Positions 36,487 to 43,715 of a DNA stretch of 46,563 nt are shown here, in pieces. The notes beneath the pieces are model-generated. The model was not told the origin of the DNA, did no database searches, and saw only the letters and a list, made by a program, of their open reading frames with translations. Position numbers and translations under genes: made by a program. Origin of the DNA: a virus (Duplodnaviria; Heunggongvirae; Uroviricota; Caudoviricetes); the IMG/VR virus record IMGVR_UViG_2721755658_000005, positions 1 through 46,563 of that record, one strand, 5' to 3'. Within the stretch, counting starts at the first letter, position 1, and the number at the start of each line of letters is the position of its first letter.

Positions 36487-36876
36487 TCAGGCGGCTGCAC
36501 CCGCCGTTTTCTCGTACTTACTGATAGTGATCTCGACCTTCCCTCCCGGGATAACCGGTCCCCACTCAACCAGCATTCTTTTCACCTGACTGTCGTCTTC
36601 CCACACACCCGCGTGGGTCAGGGCGTCAAACAGCGCCTTGTTATAGTTGTCCAGATCGCGGATCCGGTTATCCGGAGGAAACAACACGATCTCCACTGAA
36701 GCAGGTGCCGACGTTGGTTTCGGCAGACGACGTAACTGCTCAACTATTGCTGCGCACGCCGCGCTCTGGAATTTTCGCCCCGCCGTGCTTATCAGGCTCT
36801 TACCAGCAAACGCCCCTTTGTTGGGGTGTCGCCAGTACGTGTTCACACTGGGCGGGAAAGGCAGGATCAGCTTCAT
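36487..36876 (-). CDS. rusA: Holliday junction resolvase RusA
   Basis: LPFPPSVNTYWRH...RDLDNYNKALFDALTHAGVWEDDSQV is the RusA signature. Confidence 0.9.
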   Translation of the reverse strand: MKLILPFPPSVNTYWRHPNKGAFAGKSLISTAGRKFQSAACAAIVEQLRRLPKPTSAPASVEIVLFPPDNRIRDLDNYNKALFDALTHAGVWEDDSQVKRMLVEWGPVIPGGKVEITISKYEKTAGAAA

Positions 36877-37199
36877 ACTTTCAGGCCCCTCTCATGTAAC
36901 CAGTGGGCTGCACGCAGCCTGCCGTTTTCCTCACCGGCAAGCAGTGCGCGGATAATCCCGACCGCCTCGCTGTCGTCGGCCTTCACCGCGGTATGAAGCG
37001 TTATCCCCCGGGCCACGCCACGCTTTATCGTGATGACGCCTTTTTTCTCCAGTGCGCGAAGATGCTCCACTGCTGCATTCACTGAACGGTATCCCAGCAT
37101 GGTTGCCACCTCCTGATTGGTTGGCGGAAAGCCACGTTCTTTCTGGTAAGAAATCAGCATATCCAGCACCTGCTGCTGGCATTGAGTTAACGTCGTCAT
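36873..37199 (-). CDS. LexA N-terminal DNA-binding-domain homologue lacking the S24 peptidase domain
   Basis: LTQCQQQVLDMLISYQKERGFPPTNQEVATMLGYRSVNAAVEHLRALEKKGVITIKRGVARGITL aligns by eye with E. coli LexA residues ~4-68. There is no Ala-Gly / Ser-Lys cleavage module. Confidence 0.75.
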   Translation of the reverse strand: MTTLTQCQQQVLDMLISYQKERGFPPTNQEVATMLGYRSVNAAVEHLRALEKKGVITIKRGVARGITLHTAVKADDSEAVGIIRALLAGEENGRLRAAHWLHERGLKV

Positions 37200-37849
37200 G
37201 CCGCCATCCCCCTGACCAGTTTTTCCGCCTGCTGGCGAACCTGCGCCAGAAACGCCTCACCACATGCCTCAAGTTCATCGCGCCCGATGTAGCTGATTGC
37301 CGGTCCCTTCCAGGTCTTGTCGAAAACAGCAATAGCACCAGCGAAGAAAGCGCCTGTCGGCACCTGCTTCTCATCCTTCGGGATAAACCAGGCAGGCAGT
37401 TCAAAACCAATACGCCCGCGAATAAAAGCAATATGATCTGCATCTTCCGGCCACCACACTTCGCTGGTGGCAGCTTTGATCAGGAAAACATAGCGCCCGC
37501 CTTTATCACGCATGGCACTGGCATGCTTCATGATGTAACGCATGCCGGTGATGTATTGCCCCTCATGCTGACTGGCGCGGCTGTATGGGGGATTACCAAA
37601 GGCAGCACCTTTAAGCTCCGCAAGACGTTCTGACCAGTCATGCGCCAACGCGTTGTCTTCCGCCGTGTAATACGCGGCACATTTGGCGTTATCACCGTCA
37701 GTGAACAGATCCAGAACAAACGGACCAAACAGGGTGTTAATTCCCCAGAAAATGTTATCTGGCGTGCGCCACTGATCGCCCACTTCCTTCAGTTCATGGG
37801 CTGGTTTGTTCCGCAGTTCCACCAGTGCCTGACAATATTTATTACTCAT
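37196..37849 (-). CDS. phage N6-adenine DNA methyltransferase (Dam family)
   Basis: The NPPY motif is in FGNPPYS. The ATG at 37849 overlaps the upstream stop (TAATG). Confidence 0.85.
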   Translation of the reverse strand: MSNKYCQALVELRNKPAHELKEVGDQWRTPDNIFWGINTLFGPFVLDLFTDGDNAKCAAYYTAEDNALAHDWSERLAELKGAAFGNPPYSRASQHEGQYITGMRYIMKHASAMRDKGGRYVFLIKAATSEVWWPEDADHIAFIRGRIGFELPAWFIPKDEKQVPTGAFFAGAIAVFDKTWKGPAISYIGRDELEACGEAFLAQVRQQAEKLVRGMAA

Positions 37850-38337
37850 TAAGCCCCCACGTAATTCCCTGACAGATACCACTCTTCACCCGATGCAGCG
37901 CGCTTGCTGCTTTTCCGTAAGCACCGCTCACGACGCGCCAGAAAATTGTTTCGTTCTGGCTGGGAGTGGCTTTCACGGAATGCCGCCATCCACACCGTTG
38001 CAGCTCGACGGAATAAGCCCCTGGACTCCAGTTCTTCAGCCTGGCGGGTCAGGCACAAAATCACCCGGGGGTCGTTAGTGCCGACATAGAAATTGCGCAC
38101 AGGTCTGGTTTCACAAACTGGTTCCGGCTCCTGCGATATCTCAGCCTGGCGCGGGAAATGTCTGCGTGTATCCTCTTCACAACGGTGAGCCACACGCCCA
38201 CTCTGACGTAACTTGCTTGCTGACTGCAGAACGCGCTGCCGTGAGTAACCTGCAAAAGCATCCGCAATGTCTCCGGAAGTACACCCCGGATGGGCTTCAA
38301 TGAATTTCTGAACGTCATTTAACAGACTCATGATCAC
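37849..38337 (-). CDS. 162-aa protein with C-terminal PerC/Pch-like motif
   Basis: AEELESRGLFRRAATVWMAAF...ARRERCL resembles the PerC-family core (LE..G..RRAA..W ... RR..CL). Confidence 0.55.
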   Translation of the reverse strand: MIMSLLNDVQKFIEAHPGCTSGDIADAFAGYSRQRVLQSASKLRQSGRVAHRCEEDTRRHFPRQAEISQEPEPVCETRPVRNFYVGTNDPRVILCLTRQAEELESRGLFRRAATVWMAAFRESHSQPERNNFLARRERCLRKSSKRAASGEEWYLSGNYVGA

Positions 38338-39275
38338 CCTCTGAATCCTGCCGGGATCTGGCTGTAGTCCACGTTGTCGTAACTGGCTTTGAAGTACGGG
38401 TCCTCGCGTTTTTCGGTGTACGTGCTGACGGACGGCGATAAGCGCAGGGAAAGCTCATCCCATTTTTCCCGCAGCTTCGACGGGCTGAGCACGTTACGGC
38501 ACCAGAACGGATCGCGGCTGACGCGGCTGTACATCTCGCAGATTTGTTTGTGAGTACGCCCATCCTGTACACACATCAGGCGAATTTCGTTTGCCCAGGC
38601 TGTCCAGTTCGGTTCTTTGGGACGAACCACCTCGCCGTCACATTCGGCGGCTTGCTCGTACAGGGCGATGATTTTTTTCCAGAGCCACTGTGCGCAGGTC
38701 AAATCATCCTGCGTTCCCCACTGGCGCTTTTTAGGGCTGAATACAACCGCATCAGGATGGCGAGTTAAAAAATCCTGTTCATCCGTCTGCGTGTCCGGTT
38801 GCGAAGCGTCCGGACGAGAAGGTTTTTTATCTGACGGATCATGTTTTGATTTTACTGACGGATCCCCGCCAGATTCTGACGGGTGAAAACCCGCTTTTTT
38901 GCCAGATTTCGACGCATCAAATTTTGACGGGTCAGATTTTGATGCGTCAGATTTTGACGGGTCAGAATCTGACAGTTGAGAAAATGCCGCTGCCTGAAGC
39001 TTCGCAACGTTAAGCTGATAAACATTCGACGCATTGCGGTTACCCTGGCGACGCGCCTTACGCGTTAACCAGCCTTCTGCTTCCAGCCGTGCGATAGCCG
39101 TCCTGACGGTACTCATCCCCGCGCCAATCTGACGGGCAATAGTTTCAATTGATGGCCAGCACACACCTTCGTCATTACTGAAATCAGCCAGGCGGGCCAT
39201 AATTGCCACGCTGGATAATTTCATGCCTGATGCAGCGCAACCATCCCATACATAGCCGGTTAATTTAGTGCTCAT
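38334..39275 (-). CDS. replication initiator (lambda O-like, N-terminal wHTH)
   Basis: The wHTH is in SSVAIMARLADFSNDEGVCWPSIETIARQIGAGMSTVRTAIARLEAEGWL. The gene contains internal iterons. Confidence 0.8.
   Translation of the reverse strand: MSTKLTGYVWDGCAASGMKLSSVAIMARLADFSNDEGVCWPSIETIARQIGAGMSTVRTAIARLEAEGWLTRKARRQGNRNASNVYQLNVAKLQAAAFSQLSDSDPSKSDASKSDPSKFDASKSGKKAGFHPSESGGDPSVKSKHDPSDKKPSRPDASQPDTQTDEQDFLTRHPDAVVFSPKKRQWGTQDDLTCAQWLWKKIIALYEQAAECDGEVVRPKEPNWTAWANEIRLMCVQDGRTHKQICEMYSRVSRDPFWCRNVLSPSKLREKWDELSLRLSPSVSTYTEKREDPYFKASYDNVDYSQIPAGFRG
38828..38975. repeat. origin-type iterons inside the O-like gene
   Basis: About eight copies of (A)GATTTTGACGG(G/A)TC-like units, for example 38921, 38935, 38949 and 38964. 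They encode the peptide repeat DPSKSDASKSDPSKFDASKS. Confidence 0.7.
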
Positions 39276-39284
39276 GACCGACCT

Positions 39285-39623
39285 CTATTTCCCTGAATTT
39301 ACGACGAAACTGTTCGAGCGGGCTGAAGCACTCATGCTCATAGCCTTCGCGGAGGTAGATAACTCGTTGTGTTTCCGGCTCCCAACGAATGACTCTGACG
39401 GGCACTCCGTAGTGATCTTTGAACCAGCGGTTAACTTGTCGCAAAGGACTGTCTCCTTCTGCCGGTTGAAATCACCCACAGCCCACTCAGCAAAGCTGTG
39501 GGTTACAATTTCCCTGTCACCTGGTACATTAACTGCATAGCAATACTCCACCTTCGCTTTTCCACCCGGTACAGGAAGCGCAATCAGTTGCGAGCGACGG
39601 TAGTGTGTTGTTAAACTGTTCAT
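39285..39623 (-). CDS. hypothetical 112-aa protein
   Basis: ORF in the early-right operon between the CII-like and O-like genes. Confidence 0.5.
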   Translation of the reverse strand: MNSLTTHYRRSQLIALPVPGGKAKVEYCYAVNVPGDREIVTHSFAEWAVGDFNRQKETVLCDKLTAGSKITTECPSESFVGSRKHNELSTSAKAMSMSASARSNSFVVNSGK

Positions 39624-40228
39624 GCGTTAGTTTCTCCACAGTCACGACACGCCACGGCGCCCGGAGCTGCACACTCGCGGGCGTCATTACTTTCTGAAAT
39701 GCAAAAGATTTTGTAGACCAGTGCTGCATGCTCCTGCAGCTTCGAAATTGAGAGATACAGCTCGTCGTTAATTGCTGTCTTCTCATGCGGTTCCACTACA
39801 CCGTCTTCGATTGCTGAACGAATCTGTTTTGAATAACTGCCGATCTGTTCAATGACTTCCAGCAGACGCTGGTTAATATCGGCGTTGTCCACATCCTCGA
39901 CGTCAGGAAGAGACACAAAGACGCCATTGGCAGACTGCGCCACAGCGTCAGCAATGAAGTGAGTTCCACCAGCACGTTGCAAAATCATTGCCCATCCCAG
40001 CGGGAAAATCTGATCGCCATCGGCACGAAGGCGGTTAAATAATGCGTTTTCTGTTACATCCAGCCAGTCAGCTGCTTCAGCGTAACCACCCGGCAACGCT
40101 GCGATAGTTTTTCTGACAGCTTTCACGTACCACTCAGGCTGTTTTTCTACTTTCCAGTGATGCTTACCCACGGTTAGCCTCATCGTTCTGTGGTTTCTGT
40201 TAATCGATTTATCCATTAGATTTTTCAT
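39620..40228 (-). CDS. CII-like phage regulatory protein (start uncertain: 40228 or 40216)
   Basis: It sits after cro. [32 protein letters not shown] resembles CII (CP76-type) regulators. Confidence 0.5.
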   Translation of the reverse strand: MKNLMDKSINRNHRTMRLTVGKHHWKVEKQPEWYVKAVRKTIAALPGGYAEAADWLDVTENALFNRLRADGDQIFPLGWAMILQRAGGTHFIADAVAQSANGVFVSLPDVEDVDNADINQRLLEVIEQIGSYSKQIRSAIEDGVVEPHEKTAINDELYLSISKLQEHAALVYKIFCISESNDARECAAPGAVACRDCGETNA

Positions 40229-40409
40229 AAAGCTCAGGTTTAAATGGCAACCGTCCGCAAGTTCTATATGCAGCTTCTGCTGCACGTCCTTTTGGAATTA
40301 ACTGGCCCGGACGGTTTCGCCACTGATAAACGGCTTCAGTTGTTATGCCGAAAAAAGCAGCAACTTTCTCAATACTGCCGAAGTAGCTTTCGATATCGTC
40401 AGTTGTCAT
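40209..40409 (-). CDS. Cro-like HTH protein (YdaS-type)
   Basis: 66 aa. The HTH is in IEKVAAFFGITTEAVYQWRN. The gene is divergent from the repressor gene. Confidence 0.8.
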   Translation of the reverse strand: MTTDDIESYFGSIEKVAAFFGITTEAVYQWRNRPGQLIPKGRAAEAAYRTCGRLPFKPELYEKSNG

Positions 40410-40420
40410 ACGCCCTCCAA

Positions 40421-40484
40421 ACTAAGTTTTATTAGATGCTAATTACAAATCTATCTTTGGTCAATAAAAACTAAGATTACTTAG
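40421..40484. promoter_or_regulatory. OR-like operator/promoter region (PR on minus strand)
   Basis: The operators are ACTAAGTTTTATTAG (40421-40435) and ACTAAGATTACTTAG (40470-40484). PR reads TTGACC, 17 nt, TAGCAT on the minus strand (40436-40464). Confidence 0.6.
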
Positions 40485-40506
40485 CAATTCAAGAAATGGT
40501 GCTCCT

Positions 40507-41133
40507 ATGGAAACGGTTGGTCAGCGTATAAAAGCTCTGAGAAGAGTTACCGGAACGTCCCAGAAAGAATTGGGTAAATTTTGTGGAGTAAGCGACGTTG
40601 CTGTGGGGTACTGGGAGAAAGACATCAATACCCCTGGTGGGGAGGCACTTTCGAAATTAGCGAAGTTCTTCAATACGTCAATAGATTACATTCTTTATGG
40701 TGCTGAGTTTGAAGGCAAACTCGTCACAAACATGCGCAGAGTTCCTGTAATATCGTGGGTTCAGGCTGGGCAGTTTACTGAGTGCAGGGCAGCAGAAGTG
40801 TTTAGTGAAGTGGACAAGTGGGTAGATACATCATTAAAGATTGGTGATAACTCATTTGCATTAGAGGTTAAAGGTGACTCCATGACTAACCCTAATGGCC
40901 TCCCAACAATACCAGAAGGCGCAACAGTGATTGTAGATCCAGATGCAGAACCTCGTCATGGAAAAATAGTCATCGCTCGACTTGATGGAACAAACGAAGC
41001 TACAGTAAAAAAATTAGTCATCGATGGCCCTCAAAAGTTTTTAGTGCCATTAAATCCTCGGTATCCCAACATCCCTATCAATGGTAATTGCCTTATCATT
41101 GGTGTAGTCAAAGGAGTTCAATACGAACTCTAA
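40507..41133 (+). CDS. CI-type repressor (XRE HTH + S24 LexA-like peptidase domain)
   Basis: The N-terminal HTH is IKALRRVTGTSQKELGKFCGVSDVAVGYWE. The C-terminal part carries GDSM and VKKL (Ser/Lys dyad). Confidence 0.9.
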   Translation: METVGQRIKALRRVTGTSQKELGKFCGVSDVAVGYWEKDINTPGGEALSKLAKFFNTSIDYILYGAEFEGKLVTNMRRVPVISWVQAGQFTECRAAEVFSEVDKWVDTSLKIGDNSFALEVKGDSMTNPNGLPTIPEGATVIVDPDAEPRHGKIVIARLDGTNEATVKKLVIDGPQKFLVPLNPRYPNIPINGNCLIIGVVKGVQYEL

Positions 41134-41155
41134 GACCTCTCTTCTCTAACTAAGG

Positions 41156-41186
41156 CACCGAACTAAGAAAAGTTTGGTGTTTTCTC
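41156..41186 (+). terminator. intrinsic terminator after cI
   Basis: CACCGAAC-TAAGAAAA-GTTTGGTG (one G-U pair) followed by TTTTCTCTT. Confidence 0.6.
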
Positions 41187-41215
41187 TTGCCATGATAACT
41201 AAGTTAAGTTAGATT
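41187..41215 (+). promoter_or_regulatory. PL-like promoter overlapped by an operator
   Basis: TTGCCA, 17 nt, TAGATT. The operator ACTAAGTTAAGTTAG (41198-41212) lies inside the spacer and -10. Further ACTAAG half-sites occur at 41149 and 41162. Confidence 0.55.
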
Positions 41216-41304
41216 TTATATCAAAGATAACGAACAGGCAGGACGCCCACGAAGTAGCCGCCTGGGGCATATGAAGTCCAGGATGATTCGTTAGCAACAA
41301 AAAA

Positions 41305-41335
41305 GCGCCCTACAGGACGCTTAGCTCTTTAACAA
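41305..41335 (+). promoter_or_regulatory. nut-like site: small hairpin followed by a boxA-like element
   Basis: AGCTCTTTAACAA (41323-41335) matches the rrn boxA TGCTCTTTAACAA at 12/13 positions. The hairpin GCGCCC-TACA-GGACGC precedes it. Confidence 0.5.
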
Positions 41336-41380
41336 TCTGGTCCCCATCAACAAGTAACTGATAACTTGAGGAGATGTGAA

Positions 41381-41587
41381 ATGCACAAAACAGAACCCAA
41401 AATCGTCGCGCCTGGCTACACAGATGAGGAAATTTATGAGTGGATGACAAAGAAGCTGGCAGCTATAAACCAGCTTCGTGAAGTGCTGTCTTATCGACAG
41501 GAAACAATAGACTCCTTAAAAAAACTGGATCAGGAAATCACGGTTTTATCACAGGATGTTACTTTAGATATTGTGCAGACAAATTAG
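41381..41587 (+). CDS. hypothetical 68-aa coiled-coil protein, first gene of the PL operon
   Basis: The ATG at 41381 has a GAGGAG Shine-Dalgarno. There is no Arg-rich N-like motif. Confidence 0.5.
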   Translation: MHKTEPKIVAPGYTDEEIYEWMTKKLAAINQLREVLSYRQETIDSLKKLDQEITVLSQDVTLDIVQTN

Positions 41588-41993
41588 GATCCCATTCATT
41601 TTCGTCAAAATCATCAAAGTGATGAATTTGTGATCTCCAGTCTCGATAATCTAAAAATTTCTGGGCGGTTACGCTTATTTTATCAAGTGTGAGTTCATCC
41701 TGAATTGAAAGAAGAAGTTCATCAAATTTCATCTCATTAATCTGTTTTGGCATCCAGTGATGCTTCATCAGAATAAGGTGAACCAGAGCCTTTTTCCCAT
41801 TCAATTGATTATAGGGAGTGCCGAATTTCTTCCGGTGCTCATGTAAGACAAGGTCCAAAAGAGTAAGTAATGTTGCCCTTGATTCAACTTTGCTTATTTC
41901 GACTGATGACACTACCCCACTGATTTCAATGCCCCGATACTTTCCAACATTTTCACAGTGGGATTTGTACAGCGTATAGATATTACCGGACAT
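41559..41993 (-). CDS. hypothetical 144-aa protein (AT-rich, opposite orientation to the PL operon)
   Basis: The ORF has an AAGGA Shine-Dalgarno and is convergent with 41381-41587, overlapping it. Confidence 0.55.
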   Translation of the reverse strand: MSGNIYTLYKSHCENVGKYRGIEISGVVSSVEISKVESRATLLTLLDLVLHEHRKKFGTPYNQLNGKKALVHLILMKHHWMPKQINEMKFDELLLSIQDELTLDKISVTAQKFLDYRDWRSQIHHFDDFDENEWDPNLSAQYLK

Positions 41994-42133
41994 TTCTTTT
42001 CCTTTTGCGTTGTTGGGGATAACCAGATTAACCGAATCCTTGTTGTTGGGGAATAACTAGGTCCACCTCGCCTGATGTGGCTAAAAGCAGGCACATAACA
42101 GCTAAGTATTTTCAACCAGAGAGAATCCTTAGC

Positions 42134-42420
42134 GTTGTGGTGAATGCGGCTCAGCGCACGCGGGTTAAGGTTGAGGCTGACAGTCGACCTTCTGTGGATA
42201 CCCACCCGCCTGGTGTGCAACCTTCACCCGGCACCACAACTTTATGCTGTGTGTAGTCCTGGCGGTACCAGTTTGTACCCTTGCTTCCGGCTGGTACCGT
42301 CCTTTTTACAAAACAGAGAAGAGCATCACCGGACGACGGGCTCATAACCCAATCCATCCGGGCGGCTGCCACCGCAGGTGTTCTTCTCTGTTTTGTGGAG
42401 AAACTAACCGCCCCTACGGG
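42134..42420 (+). ncRNA. candidate structured RNA or leader (unclassified; strand uncertain)
   Basis: There are long helices. H1 pairs 42134-42142 with 42232-42240 (9 bp). H2, nested inside H1, pairs 42161-42173 with 42218-42230 (12 of 13 bp). H3 pairs 42263-42271 with 42291-42299 (9 bp). H4 pairs 42308-42322 with 42382-42396 (15 bp). A terminal hairpin GCCCC-TAC-GGGGC is followed by ATTT. Only implausible ORFs are present. Confidence 0.35.
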
Positions 42421-42520
42421 GGCATTTATGGAAATGTAATTGACTCAATAATCGCCGGACGGTGAGGGCTTCCTTTTACCCGAATTCAGCGCGGTGCAGC
42501 GCATATACGTGGAGAACAAA

Positions 42521-43057
42521 ATGTCATTTATTAAAACTTTTTCCGGGAAGCATTTTTATTATGACAGGATAAATAAAGACGACATCGTTATTAACGATAT
42601 CGCGGTTTCCCTTTCAAATATCTGTCGCTTTGCAGGACATCTTTCACACTTCTACAGTGTCGCCCAACATGCGGTGCTTTGCAGCCAGCTGGTGCCGCAG
42701 GAATTTGCTTTTGAAGCTTTAATGCATGATGCAACAGAAGCATATTGCCAGGACATCCCCGCACCACTGAAACGACTTCTTCCTGACTATAAACGGATGG
42801 AAGAAAAAATAGACGCCGTAATCCGTGAGAAATACGGGTTACCTCCTGTTATGAGCACGCCAGTGAAATATGCCGATCTCATTATGCTGGCAACCGAACG
42901 CCGCGATCTCGGGCTTGATGATGGCTCTTTCTGGCCTGTGCTGGAAGGTATCCCGGCAACAGAGATGTTCAACGTGATTCCACTGGCTCCAGGCCATGCC
43001 TACGGGATGTTTATGGAACGCTTTAACGAATTATCGGAGTTACGCAAATGCGCATGA
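42521..43057 (+). CDS. HD-domain phosphohydrolase (YfbR-like 5'-nucleotidase type)
   Basis: CRFAGHLSHFYSVAQHAV...LMHDATEAYCQDIP supplies the H..HD..D motifs. The ATG at 42521 has a GGAGA Shine-Dalgarno. Confidence 0.8.
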   Translation: MSFIKTFSGKHFYYDRINKDDIVINDIAVSLSNICRFAGHLSHFYSVAQHAVLCSQLVPQEFAFEALMHDATEAYCQDIPAPLKRLLPDYKRMEEKIDAVIREKYGLPPVMSTPVKYADLIMLATERRDLGLDDGSFWPVLEGIPATEMFNVIPLAPGHAYGMFMERFNELSELRKCA

Positions 43058-43410
43058 ATGTTTTCGAAATGGAAGGGTTTCTTCGTGGGAGATGTGTACC
43101 GCGAGATCTGAAAGTGAATGAAACGGATGCTGAATACCTGGTGCGTAAATTCGATGCGCTTGAAGCTAAATGTGCAGCACAGGAAAACAAAGTAATACCA
43201 GTGTCAACTGAACTGCCACCAGCAAATGAAAGTGTTTTGTTATTCGATGCTAACGGAGAAGGCTGGCTAATTGGCTGGCGTTCTCTCTGGTACACCTGGG
43301 GACAAAAAGAAACCGGAGAATGGCAGTGGACATTTCAGGTCGGGGACCTTGAAAACGTCAATATCACTCACTGGGCAGTAATGCCAAAAGCACCGGAGGC
43401 TGGAGCATAA
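43048..43410 (+). CDS. DUF551-like protein
   Basis: The C-terminal WISVEDELP-type pattern appears as VIPVSTELPPANESVLLFDANGEGWLIGW. Confidence 0.6.
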   Translation: MRMNVFEMEGFLRGRCVPRDLKVNETDAEYLVRKFDALEAKCAAQENKVIPVSTELPPANESVLLFDANGEGWLIGWRSLWYTWGQKETGEWQWTFQVGDLENVNITHWAVMPKAPEAGA

Positions 43411-43715
43411 TGACCACTTTTACCGACAAAGAACTGATTAAAGAAATTAAAGAGCGTATCAGCAGCCTTGACGTGCGAGACGATATTGAGCGCCGTGCTT
43501 ATGAAATCGCACTCCTATCTCTGGAAGTAGAACCAGATGAACGCGAAGCTTATGAATTATTCATGGAAAAGCGTTTTGGTGACTTAGTAGATCGTCGGAG
43601 AGCAAAAAACGGCGATAACGAATACATGGCATGGGATATGACTCTCGGTTGGATCGTCTGGCAGCAACGAGCTGGTATCCATTTCTCAACAATGTCACAG
43701 CAAGAGGTGAAATAA
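43410..43715 (+). CDS. hypothetical 101-aa protein
   Basis: ORF coupled to both neighbours (ATGA / TAATG overlaps). Confidence 0.5.
   Translation: MTTFTDKELIKEIKERISSLDVRDDIERRAYEIALLSLEVEPDEREAYELFMEKRFGDLVDRRRAKNGDNEYMAWDMTLGWIVWQQRAGIHFSTMSQQEVK

Noticed and set aside
36931-37633. ORFs 36931-37443 (-, 170 aa) and 37052-37633 (+, 193 aa).
   Set aside because: These are alternative-frame or antisense shadows of the LexA-DBD-like and Dam genes. They are rich in Arg, Pro and Ser and carry no motifs. The annotated frames carry clear family signatures (the LexA helix and NPPY).
38852-39034. The 60-aa ORF with an NLT(R/H)QNL repeat on the minus strand.
   Set aside because: It is an off-frame reading of the origin iterons inside the O-like gene. 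Its repetitiveness comes from the DNA repeats, not from a separate gene.
42144-42465. Protein-coding ORFs 42144-42347 (+), 42244-42465 (+), 42151-42372 (-) and 41912-42220 (-).
   Set aside because: They overlap one another on both strands and have no SD-like start context. Their composition is skewed to Arg, Cys, Pro and Trp, as expected from GC-rich structured sequence. The region is treated as non-coding.
41994-42493. A retron msr/msd, CRISPR array, or type III toxin-antitoxin RNA repeat as the identity of the structured segment.
   Set aside because: There is no reverse transcriptase gene in the window. There is no repeat-spacer periodicity and no tandem RNA repeats. The only short direct repeat (TTGTTGGGGA(A)TAAC, two copies) lies upstream of the structured part.
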